DNA from: Macrostomum lignano
Taxonomy: Eukaryota
Direction of reading: 5' to 3'
NCBI GenBank assembly: GCA_002269645.1
Contig: NIVC01000031.1
Coordinates: 434,001 to 498,000, forward strand
DNA: 64,000 bases
Positions 40,771-52,650 of the stretch are shown piece after piece (the stretch's first letter is position 1; every line of letters begins with the position of its first letter). The notes beneath the pieces are model-generated. The model worked only from the letters and a program-made list of their open reading frames with translations, was not told the DNA's origin and did not search any database. Both the position numbers and the translations under genes were made by a program.

Positions 40771-41169
40771 CAGTGGCATAAATACAGGGGATATGGGGAT
40801 ATATCCCCTATTTTGATTATTTATAAGAAACAAGCATTAGGTTTTTTGAAAAAAAAATGCAAAATGAAGCAGCTTAGACTTAGCAAAATTGCAAAAATTG
40901 GCCTATTTCACCTATAAATTAATATAAACAATGTTTTAAACAATGTTTCCATGAATCCCTAGTTCCTAAAATGCTACAAACAGGACAGACATCTGTTGGC
41001 TTTTTTTCTGATTTTAACAAAGTAAAGTTTTTTTAGCCAAATAAACATGGTTTTGGTACTTTCTAAATGCATACTTTAAGCAAAAAATACAAAAAAACAT
41101 TTTATTAGTCTATCATTTTGTACCTAAAAGTTATCCCTCTCCCTTTTCAAAATCCAATGTATCCCACTA
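40771..41169. mobile_element. Decayed hAT-like MITE
   Basis: Ends CAGTGGCATA...TATCCCACTA form an imperfect TIR, flanked by 8-bp near-identical repeats ggttatgg / ggttatag. Confidence 0.45.
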
Positions 41170-41335
41170 GGTTATAGCCTATAGGATGCTAGGATATTAT
41201 GACCCAACTTCTAATTGATAGTCAACCATCCAAAGAAATATTATTAATGGGCTTATCTTCCATTGCTATCATTGTTTTAAGAGTGAAATTTTTACTATTA
41301 ATACTTTTGAAGGCAGATTTTTAGCTAAATAACTT

Positions 41336-42615
41336 AGATATTTTGTTGTACTTTTTTATTTGCAACTCAGTTTGTCATAAATTACCATAGACTAATTTCC
41401 TTTTACAGTTCTTTCTTGCAGTTAATTTTCTCGCCCCAAGCCTTGTAAAATATATTGCAATTCAAATCTAAGTTAAGCTGTAGTTTCACTACAAATTGGT
41501 CCAGTGAGGCACCGTTAAGTTCAACTGCGCCCCGTCTGGGGGCTGCACTAATCGCCATGACATGCACTGTACATAGCGCCATCACCATGGCACCGCATAT
41601 GTCATTGTCCTGCCGTGCACAGTAGCCATATGCCATCACCCCGTCAACATCTGCATCCACGCAGTATCACTAATAGCAACCACAGAGTTCAACCTGATTT
41701 CTGACACGGAGCTCATCGACAACCAATTATATGTGCCTACATGGGTTCATCAAAGTCTTCGATCGAGTTTCCATTGTCAGCAGCACCATTACACTTCCAC
41801 CGATTCGCCAGTCCCGGCCAATCCCGTCGGTGAGTTGCCAAAATAATGAGCCTCCCACGAGGTCAATGACAACCTGACGGTGCATCACGGCTGGCCGCAT
41901 CAGCAGCTTTCGGTTCTCCTCATGCATTCCACCTGCATTGCCTCAGCCGCAGAGCGATGTTCCACTTTAGTTGTACCCTCAATTCTGGTTGTCGTCTGTC
42001 TGCACTCGGCATCTTCAGCTGTTCACGCTGGTCACGCAACAATCCGCCCTTCTGGAGCATCGTAGGGAGTACCTCGAGAGGACCGGACACCGCAAACCAG
42101 ATCAACACCTCCCATCACAACCCAGCACCAAGGAAGCTTTCCCACCAACAACAATGCGTCCAACAGGACAGCCCAGTAGCACCCCTTAGGCACTTCACTT
42201 CATGCAACTTGCTCATTTTGCTTCATTCATCTTCCCATGCACAGTGATTACATTTATTATTAACCACCTAATATGTAACGTTCACTGACTGTTTTTCTCA
42301 TTGTTCTCAATATTTCTAATATTTGACCTCTCATAAAACATTTTTTGATTGCATTGCCACCCACTTTAATTTGTTTTGATCGTTGAGCTATCCCACCATT
42401 TTTGACTTCAGTTACAGTCTCTTTTCCCCATGTTTTGCATTTGGAGGGGGGAGTCATATAGATATTTTGTTGTACTTTTTTATTTGCAACTCAGTTTGTC
42501 ATAAATTACCATAGACTAATTTCCTTTTACAGTTCTTTCTCGCAGTTAAGTTTCTCGCCCCAAGCCTTCTTGTAAAATATAATGCAATTCAAATCTAAGT
42601 TAAGTTGTAGTTTCA
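41336..42615 (+). mobile_element. Small non-autonomous LTR-like (TRIM-like) element
   Basis: ~155-bp direct terminal repeats (41336-41488 and 42460-42615) ending in CA, with flanking AACTT repeats. TGG at 41497 follows the left repeat and a polypurine tract GGAGGGGGGAG (42443-42453) precedes the right repeat. Confidence 0.65.
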
Positions 42616-44694
42616 AACTTATTAAATTGATAGTAGTTAATATTGTGTAATTAATATATTATATAGTTTCAAATTAAAAGGGCTTTAAAATGATATATTT
42701 TTTCAGAAAACTTTGAGATATTTACTGATTAGGGAAGATCTCAAAGGTAGATCAGCCAAGTTAGCTGGATAAATGTTGCACATTTATGGACTTAACAAAT
42801 TGCTTATTAGCAATGATACTACTTATTGGTATGAAAGTTGAAAGTCCTTAGATTCTATTTTATAGAATAGAATTTCTTGTGGTAGATAGAAGCTTCTTTC
42901 CTTGAGAAAGATTGGCTTGAATATAAAGTGTTCCCACTTTTGACAACCTTCATTGTTATATTTTATTATACAAAAAATATTTTTAGCCATATTTTTAGCC
43001 ATTCTGCATTGAAACTATAAATGAGCATTGCAAGAAGCCTTGGAAGTTGAGATTCAGCTCCAACAAGCACTATGAAGTACATTCCCTGCCTAATAGTCTA
43101 AAGACCTAACATCTCCCTAGTCTGACAAAACAATATAATATATATATGCTATTGTACTTCAAGGAGGATAAGTCATGCAACTATATCATCAACTTAGCAA
43201 CTATTCCCTTGGGTTCTCCAAGGATCCGATTTAGCTAAGCTGGCCCCCAAGACCACTGTTCTGCTGAACTCTGGCTAGAATTACAATTGTTGCCAATGGC
43301 TACACTGATCAAAAATTAGTTGCTTAATAGACCAGGTTAAAGAAGCTTTGCTCCAGGAAAGAAGTTATTGACCTTAGCCTTTTAAGTCTGAACATCACTG
43401 CCAACTCAGTGGATTCATTTATATATTGCTCTAGAAGTTTCTGTTAGCAACATTAAATATTTATTAACTATTACCTCTATATATTGACAAGCAAGCAATC
43501 CCACTAAAAAGCTGTTTTGTAGCTAATTGCTAATGCCAACATTAAATATTCAAAGTTACTATACTGACTTGCTGCTTAGCCCACTTTGTGGGAGACTGCT
43601 AGAGCCAAGCATGTTGCACCATTCTGGGTAACACTTTTCTCACTGACTTGTAGGCTCTGGGCCTTATCTTTTAGTTTGCAGCTAGGATAGACTTAGCTTT
43701 TTTCAATGGATGCTTTGTTGACCCAATGTGCCAGCATTTGCCAGGTTTACATTTTGTGATACTATTTTTATCCAAAAATTTCAAGTCTAAATATAGGCAT
43801 ATTATATTCACTAATATTATACAAGTTGATATTTAAATGAAAGAAAACAACTTAAAGATTATTTTGCATAAAGGAATTAGTAGTACATTTACTTTTAAAA
43901 AAAGATGTTTGCTAGTAAACTTTATACTTTAAGTTAGTATAATTTTTTATGAGTTTATGTTGTTTTAGAAAAACTTGGAAATCCTTAAAAAAATTTCTTC
44001 TATTTAAATAAAATAAAAAGTAAAAATACAGAATACTTTTTGTTTTGTAAGTTAGTGAAAACATAGCCTTCTCTAAGGTCTATAAGGCTAAAATAAATTG
44101 TTTATAAATGAAAAAAGTGAAACAAAAAATTGCAAATTGGACAACCTGAAATTTTAAAATGCTTTTTTGTGCTTTTTTACTCATTTATTTAGCAATAGGC
44201 TTATAAAGTATAAAAACAATTTTTTTACTTTATATCTAGAACTATTTTTAAAGACTTATCTATCTTTAGAAAGCTTTTTTAGATATTTTACTTTCTTTTT
44301 AATGTCTGCAAACTTGTTTTACCATTTTATCCCACATTTTTGGATTTCACTTTTGTATGCAAACATCTATACCAAATTTCTAGAGTATAGGCCTACCCCA
44401 GAAATTTTTAATCTAGTGTACATGCCTATTTCCTAACTATGGCAAGCTACATTCAAAAATAATAAAACTAAGTCTAAATTGTAGAAAATTTTTATTTTGA
44501 ACTTTCAAAATTTAAATTCATTTAAGTGAAAGTGCAAAATTTCAAGTAAACTAGGATAACTAGAGCAGACATTCACATAGGCCTATGCAATAAAAACAAT
44601 AAATAAAAATAAAAGCATGTAGCCTAAGCCTAGGCATAAGCCTAACCATTTAAAGAATAAAAATATGACATGAAAATTACTATTATAAAAATTT

Positions 44695-47401
44695 GGTTCT
44701 AGCCAAAGTCGTCATATTTGAGATCATCATCTGGAGCTTACAAGAAAAACAACCAAATTATCTAAATCATAATCTAAATCATCTAAGTATTGGACAATGC
44801 TGCATTTACTAAATTGTCATATTGTGTTGCATTAGCTGCGCAATGATCTTAGCATCTTAGCTCATGGCGGCGGTACCCGGTAAAATGCGGAATCCGCAAC
44901 GGAATCGGAATGGAAAAGTACGGTAAAACGCGGAATCCGCAGCGGAATGGTAAACTGCGGAACGAAGTGCGGATTCCGCATATTAAAGTAAAACGCGGAA
45001 TGCGAAAATGAAAAAAGTAAAATGCAGAATGAAAACTAACTGAATTATACTTTTATTCATCAATATAAACATGTACTAAAGACTACAAATAGCTATCTAG
45101 CTACATGTATATATAGCTTAATTTATTTAGAAGCTGATTTTTTGTAGTGTCAAATAAAGTTTCTATCATCGGAATGTATATTAACAACATATTGTGTAGT
45201 TTTCGGAAATAATTATACGCTAAAAATACAGAAATAAATTTCTTTGCAAGAAATGTTTAAATATTCCATTTGCCTATCTTGCAAATGCATTCGGAAGTGT
45301 TACCATGATGCTCACTTGCGCTAGGCTTCCGCGCCAGTTTATCACAATATATCATGATATTAAAAAGTGCTTATGCATGGACCTGGCCTGACTTCCAAGT
45401 GCCAAAATGTGCTATAAGGGAACCTAACGTACAAGCAAAACCCTTTCCTGGACATCCTTTTTGATGCGACCAACTATTAACAGCTAATTTTCTAAATGTA
45501 CTGTTTGATTGAATCTATGCATTAACTTTTCTGTGGACAAAGCCCACGAGATTAAGTTCCGAAGAGGGTTTACAGGCGACAACAACCCGCTTTACGGGTG
45601 TGCAAGTAGAGCCTCTATGTGACTATGACCCGAAACAACAGCCTAGCAGTTGAACAACAGCCGTAGGCTTTAATCAGTCACAAGCATAATCAGCTTGGCT
45701 TCAATTTCAGTTCCCTCACCCAACTCTAAAAGACTGCAGTCTGTAATTACTAGTTAAACGTCGACAAAAAACTAAATAACTAATAAAAAAGTGCATTGCA
45801 AATTTGATTGGTGCACGAGTTAGGAGGCTGCTGACAAGGGTCCAACTAAAAGAAACTAGAAAGCGACCAAGCCACGTTTATAGACTAGATCCTTTTTGAC
45901 AATTTAAATGGAATGGACAGTAAATTTAGCACACAAACATGATTTAACATAATTTTAGTAGTCATTTAGTAGTCGTTCCAAAAAGGAATTGGTTACTATT
46001 TCGAAAGATTATTCTAATTGTCTTTTTTCAGTTAGCTTAGGTCACTTTGTTTCCTTTAGTAGTTTGACATACTAACAAAAACTTATTTGTCGAATATATT
46101 GTGCCATGGCCATCGGATATTAGTCTCTAATCTCTCATAACCAAATAGTAAATGACCCAATAAGGATGATGAATACAATACATGAAAACTAAGCCAAACA
46201 ATCTTTACAATATAATCACCATTACAGTTGCGCAGGGATTTTAGCTTGTGCAAAACACAAAAAAATGTCATACAAAATTGTCTAATCAAATTATTAAGGC
46301 GTCAGTGTTTTACAACAAAAATTTAGAAACCAAAAGATGGAAAATTTAGCAAAATATGCTCTCACATACAAAAGAAAAATAATAATAACTCCATCATTAA
46401 AGTTATTGTGTATAAAAAGAACAATCATATTTTCTTCAGTTGTCTGAGTGCGATAGCGCAGTATTTTCGAATGACCCTACCAGTGGTTTTGAAGAATGGA
46501 AAAGAAAACCAGCGCATTTCGTCAGAAATTCACTAAAAAAGGCTTCGCTTCTGGCTGCTGTACTGTGGGTCCTTAGATACAACCGGTTTAGTTTATGGCC
46601 AAGCCATCAAGACTTACGCTGATTGTGAATGCAAAAGTATTTATAATTAAAATATATGCGACACGCAAGGCCAATCAATAGCCAGATAAACACCAAACAC
46701 TATGGCACTAAGAAGATAGCATCAGCAGGTAGAAGGTAGGTATTGAGGATTCAAGGGATTATCGGCACGCTTTGAGCAGGTAGCATCTGCAGGTAGGTAT
46801 TGAGGATAATGAGGATAAGGTAGGTATTGAGGATAAATATAAGGTGATGAATAAAAGTATAATTCAGTTAGTTTTCATTCCGCATTTTACTTTTTTCATT
46901 TTCGCATTCCGCGTTTTACTTTAATATGCGGAATCCGCACTTCGTTCCGCAGTTTACCATTCCGCTGCGGATTCCGCGTTTTACCATACTATTCCATTCC
47001 GATTCCGTTGCGGATTCCGCATTTTACCGGGTACCCATGGCGGCAGCGTGTTCTTGTTTGCTAGCAAATTAAATTTGCTTGCTAGGCCTACTTAACTTGA
47101 GGATATAGGCAGTTCTCTTTGCATAAATTAGTTTTGATTTTTTGATATTCATCATCTTTCTATTGTTTATTATATATTAGTCTCAGTAGTAGTCATGCAG
47201 CAATCAGCATTAATTGACACAGTTAATATAAAAATTACGGGTGCATGCAAGGGATTTTTACATGAAAGTAGGAAAATCCTAAATTAATACACCCTTGCCT
47301 TTGGTCAAAGTCGTCATATTTAAATGTTTAAGTCTTCCAGATTTGTTCAAGTTGTCATCATCATATGACGATTTTGAATATGACGATTTCGGCTGCACCC
47401 C
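44695..47401. mobile_element. Older TIR element (MULE/Merlin-like) interrupted by a younger insertion
   Basis: The left end ggttctagccaaagtcgtcatatt resembles the reverse complement of the right end aatatgacgatttcggctgcacccc. AAAAATTT direct repeats lie at 44687-44694 and 47402-47409. Confidence 0.6.
44872..47035. mobile_element. Non-autonomous Mutator-like (MULE) element, 2164 bp
   Basis: 191-bp near-perfect TIRs (44872-45062 and 46845-47035) starting GGTACCCGG, with a perfect 9-bp TSD CATGGCGGC (44863-44871 and 47036-47044). No transposase ORF inside. Confidence 0.9.
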
Positions 47402-48777
47402 AAAAATTTACCAGGAATCAGGAAAATAAACTAGCTAGGCCCCGGCCCTACAACAAAACACAAATAAAATCTAAAATTAGGCCCCTATGGAAAAATGATC
47501 CTAGTGTTTTTAAAACTTTTTACATATCATACAGTACATAGAATATCAAAATAAAAGCTAGAATTAGACATAGGACTTAACACATGACGTAGGCCTAACT
47601 AATAGCCTACTACTAGGCAATAGCATGTAAAACGTATATTAAGCCAGAAATCAATGCTCTAGCAATCAGATGACAAAAATTATTAACTGAGACTTCTATT
47701 GAATTATAAATAGGATTGATTAGGCCCTAGCTATTATTGTTTGGATATTCTCTCTAGACTGTCTAGTCTATCTAAGCCTAAGCCTAAGCTAATTTAAAAC
47801 TTGAGCACTCCTCATTCAATTTAAACTCGTTTTCCAAGATTAGTGTTTGAAATATTTTTAACAATTTTTCAATATGTTCTTTAACTTTTAGCGAAGCGTA
47901 TACTTTTCTGTAGCTTTTAATTGCCTAGGCCCTATTAAAAACAAAAGTACAAACACTGCTTTGATACTGTTTTCACTCCTAATTGTTGGCGGCAAAATAA
48001 ATGAATGACACCGCAAGCGTAAATGAAAAAATTATCAAGTTTGCACAATATCAATTCAATTATTCTTATAATCTTATTGATATTTCCGATGCAATTGTCT
48101 GGGAATTAGGCCTAGCCTAAGTGCTAGACTTCACAATAAATTAATAGGCCTATACTCACACTCTGTAGTAAGTTGTAGGCCTAGTGCATCAGCATCATGC
48201 ACATCAGAATTTTCTGGCATAGGCCTAAACCTCAGCAAGCATGATGCGCAGTGTGCAAATGAAGAAAATGTATAGTAGGGAGTAGGCCCTAGTTATCAAT
48301 GTGCATGATCCATGTTATTTCATTCCAATGTTAGCATATTATATGCAAAGTATCTAGGCTTATAGTTATATGATTCAGATTGTTTATAATTTTTTTAGAT
48401 TTACAAGTTAGAACCTAGAAGTATGTTAGGCCTGTTGTTTATTCCATTGGCTTTCTCTCTCTAAAGTCATCATGTTACAACTAACCCATTGTATTCTAAA
48501 ATTCCAATGAGACATTTAGCCAACTTTTAAGGTCTTAGGCCTAGCTGAGGTTTCAACCTACTGGCTACCAGCAAAGGAATTTTTGACAAAAATCAAAATT
48601 TATTTAATGGCAAAAATATTTATGCAATGATCATTTTGTCTAATAAAGCTAGCAATTTTTTATAAATAATTTGTTCAAAGATTAATTGTAAGCTATTTAT
48701 TTTTTTGCAATTGTTTTTTATAGGCCTAAGCAAAACTATTTTATTAGGTGCTATTTAATAATCGGTTGTAGGCCCTC

Positions 48778-49368
48778 CACACTCAGGAAGGTGTCATGTG
48801 TGCGCGGGAACATATTTTTGGAGTGTGCACTGTGCGCAAAGCTAAAATATGAATTTGTGCGCCAAGGTATACATTCATTTATTGACAAATACATATAGGC
48901 AATATAGCTAACTAATGCGCTGTAGCACTAAAAACTTGATAAAAGTCCAATTAAAACAAAACTAAAAAAATGGATAAATTTTTGTACCTTATGTAGGCTT
49001 TTTTTAACTCAAAACTTTTGCTTTTTTTAGCTTACGTAGAAAATTCTCAAAAGAAATAGCTTTAACTTTACGATAAAATCCCATTTTGAATTTTATTATT
49101 TGTTTTACTTACCAAGAAACAACAATTTTTTATTGATATGCTTGGAAAAAGCGTAATCTTGAAGCATATTTTACGCATTGCATATGTAGATTATACATTT
49201 AGGTGACTCATTGTGAGCTAAATTTTTCTGATCAGGTTTTGCTATACGCCACTGTGCGCTTAAAACTTCTGCTAAGCCTTTGTTGTTCGCCGTGTGCGCC
49301 ACTTCGCGCATATTTTTCATTGATGTGTGCCGGAATTTTCTGCCATAATGTACACCTTCCTGAGTGTA
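48778..49368. mobile_element. Non-autonomous TIR element (~590 bp)
   Basis: 16-bp perfect TIR ACACTCAGGAAGGTGT (48779-48794 and 49352-49367), flanked by GGCCCT repeats, with internal GTGCGC motifs. Confidence 0.7.
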
Positions 49369-49984
49369 GGCCCTAGCAAGATTTCAAAGTATGATTTAAG
49401 AACTGGAACTTAAAAACCACACCATTGAATCTTTAATCCATCTATCCATCAAGAACACATATATTCTTAAGTATTTGACATATAATTATATAACTTGATT
49501 TATAATTATTATGGTATAAAAAATTTTTATATCATCTTATATCTAAAGCTAAGTAGATCAATCAACCAAATGGGTTTAATGTGTATCTCCTCCTAGATGG
49601 CTACCAACTCAAATGCAAAACATATATATATCAATGCAAAATTTTCCTACACAACAAATAGGCTATTTTAATGTTGAATTTTTTATAAATTCAGTCTGTT
49701 AAAAAGCAGAAAACTGTTTTCTTGACCTTCTTTGGCAACTTTTTCTGCTCTGAACTGAAAATTTTCATTAATTTTGAGTGATTGCACCACAACTTGTTCT
49801 TATCTTGGAAGTGTATTTTATTAACTTTACCTGATACTGACTGAGAAATCAATTTTGCAATCAATTGGTTCAATTATTTATTATTGGCACCTTTGAACAT
49901 GCAGCTCTGTGCAGCTCTAACAATAACTAGCTAACCCTAACCCTAGCCACTGAAACCTAGGAGCTGACTTCTCTTTGATAAAGA

Positions 49985-50280
49985 AAATTTCAATTGAGTC
50001 CAGTTTCACGGAGAGGATTTCGATAGTGTTCAATTTCACAGAGAGGATTTCGATGGTTTTTAGTTTCATAGAGAGGATTTTGATGGTTTTCAATTTCACG
50101 GAGAGGATTTCAATGTTTTTTAGTTTCACGGTAAGGATTTTGATGGTGTTCAATTTCACAGAGAGGATTTCGATAGTTTTCAGTTTCATAGAAAGGATTT
50201 TGATGGTTTTCAGTTTCACGGAAAGGATTTCAATGGTTTTTAGTTTCACAGTGAGGATTTCAATGGTATTCAGTTTCATG
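49985..50280. repeat. 30-bp minisatellite
   Basis: Unit tttcacggagaggattttgatggttttcag. Confidence 0.85.
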
Positions 50281-50649
50281 GAAAAAATTTGTCTTTGGAG
50301 ATTAGTTGGATGATAGGATTTGGGTCATGGGATTCAGTTGATTAGAGTTCAGGGAATGGAATTCTGGTGATGGGAGTTCTTCCCCTTTCTCCTCTAACAG
50401 AGGAGTTGGCCTCTCAAAGATATAATAATGTGTTAATTTTTGTTTAAGTGACACAATATAAGTAATAGAAGGGGTGAAACCATGCTTAAAGATGCTATTG
50501 ATAATGACTATTTAGTCATGAAACTTATCAATTCATTCAACTATTATTAGGTTCAGAAGGCTACCTAACAAACTTGACTATAAAGTTGGCATACATTGCT
50601 ATTAAATTCCTACTAGGTAGTTTTAATTTTCTCTTCACACCACTTATAG

Positions 50650-51060
50650 ATTGGTTTGCTTTGCCTATTAGTACTTTCCAATGCTTGCAATTGATGGGCT
50701 TCAAGAACTCCTAATGTAGAAAATTTGCTATGGCATATTGATTTTTTAAGTTTGCCATATCTTGCTTTCCTTTTGAAGGCCATGTGGCATCCTTTGACAG
50801 AGTTGTTGATGCATTCTCTCTTGTGGTAGACAGAAAGCTCTTTAAGTTTTTATTTACTGCTAGAGAGCCACATTATGTCTATATAGTGGCAGAGTGCTAA
50901 ATGCTATATAGATGCATTTGGCAAGAAAGTGAATTATCTTTTTGTGAGAGTCTTGTGCCATTGTCTCCTGCATAGGATGTAGCAAGACTAAGCTCTATAG
51001 ACTTTGTGAAACATACTTTTTGAAAAGTAGAAGGCATAACCTTGTAGTAGCTGAACATTT
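50650..51060 (-). pseudogene. Degenerate MULE transposase fragment
   Basis: Minus-strand translation across frameshifts and stops gives LQGYAFYFSKSMFHKV / ELSLATSYAGDNGTRL / FTFLP / LSVYHKRECINNSVKGCHMAFKRK. These match the MULE motifs GCxFHFxQ..RK, ALPFLP and WxVY..RTNNxxEGWH. Confidence 0.65.
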
Positions 51061-51696
51061 AGGCAGGTATGATGCAGCACCTCCTATATGGCTATATATC
51101 ATAATCAGTCTAGCCTAGCATTGGAGACTGCTGTTCCCATCAGCTCAAGTAGTGTAGAGAAAATAGACTAAAAACTAGAGAATATTTTTATAGGAGTTAA
51201 ATCGAATACTAAGAAGAGCAGTAAGTGGGTGCAGGGCCCAAAACCGATATATTTATAGAACATTAACCTTGGGAGGGGTTGAGCCCAGAATAATAAGGAG
51301 AGGGATGAAGTGCGCAACTGAAGAGAGGCAAGAATGGAGAGCCAATCAGAAGGCAGCAAGGGAGAGAGAGAGAGATAAGAATAACAAGATTGAGCTAGAC
51401 AGAGAGAAAAAACAGAGTAAACAGAGACAAGTGAAGGTGAACTAAGAAATTACAAGGAGAGTTGCGACAAATAGGCAGAAAAGCCTTGAGTCAGTCAAGA
51501 GAAAATAATTCGAAGTTTAGACCACAATCCTTATCCCATTTTCCTGATTTTTTATGTTTTGTTAAGATTATTACATTGACAAAGATATTTTTATTCTTCA
51601 TCATTCCAGCAATAGTTTTGAAAAATCTCTTCTTTTTTATACAATTTTTTATTGATCTCTAAGAATTATTAAAGAAATCAACTATCAAACTTGGAC

Positions 51697-52650
51697 ATGG
51701 GCAAAGCTGGAGTGTTGCTGTCTGTTCTACTGGATCTCAGTAGACTTGCACTGGCCATCTACAGCATTTATGTCACCCAAATGATCAACACTGAGCCGAA
51801 ATACAAGGCCCAGTGCGACATATCTGATTATGTCAGTTGCTCAAAAACATTCACCTCAAAGTGAGTTATTTGATTTACTTATTCATTCGAGACAGTTAAA
51901 ACGTGTTGTAAATAGAGAGTATGTAAAATGTATTGTCCCATATGACCTTTTAGGTAATGTTGTACTTTAGGATAATGGTACATATTACTTACATTTATGT
52001 CCATCCATTCACTCATTAGGTATGGCAAAGGCTTCGGTCTTATCGGTGATCTACTTGGCGAAAAGCATCCATTGAATCAGCCAAATGGAATCTACGGTTC
52101 CGTGTTCTATGTACTGCACTTGCTACTGGGTAAGCCAAAAATCTGATTGTAATTTACATTATTATTGTCTTCTTAATGAGATCATATTCTCAGCATTTTA
52201 GTTACTATGTTCATAATTGTGCCGACTTCTATAGACTGTTATAACTTATTTCCACATCAGAAGTGTCACTTTAACTTCAAAAGTGCCATTTCCACATCAC
52301 AAATGCCATTTCCACATCACAAGTGCCATTAATTTCCACTTCACAAGTGCCATTTCCATATCAGAAGTGCCATATCTGCATAGCATGAACTTCCACTCCC
52401 TTTAAACTCTGCAGTGCTATTCTTTCGTGGCAAGATCGGCATGCACCTCCGCGTACTGAACTCACTCGCTCTGACCATCGGCTGCGGTTGGCTAGCTTAC
52501 ACCCTGGTGTTTGTCATCAAGCACATGTGCATCGTGTGCGTGCCGATGTACTGCCTGAATGTCCTGTCGCTGCTCGCCGATATTTGGCAGCTGCGCTCTC
52601 GCTCTGCCGCCGCCGCCACAGCCGCTGATGCTCGCAAGAAGAAAAAGTAA
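51697..52650 (+). CDS. VKORC1: Vitamin K epoxide reductase complex subunit 1-like, 3 exons, 169 aa
   Basis: Exons 51697-51860, 52020-52129 and 52415-52650 (510 nt). Motifs: loop cysteines AQCDISDYVSCSKTFTSKYGKGFG, LNQPNGIYG, redox CIVC and a C-terminal KKKK ER-retrieval-like end. Confidence 0.92.
52270..52375. repeat. 20-bp minisatellite in VKORC1 intron 2
   Basis: Unit atttccacatcacaagtgcc, about 5 copies. Confidence 0.8.

Noticed and set aside
43200-43800. Possible transposase remnants in the CpG-poor block
   Set aside because: Hand translation gave short open stretches but no motif I could assign with confidence.
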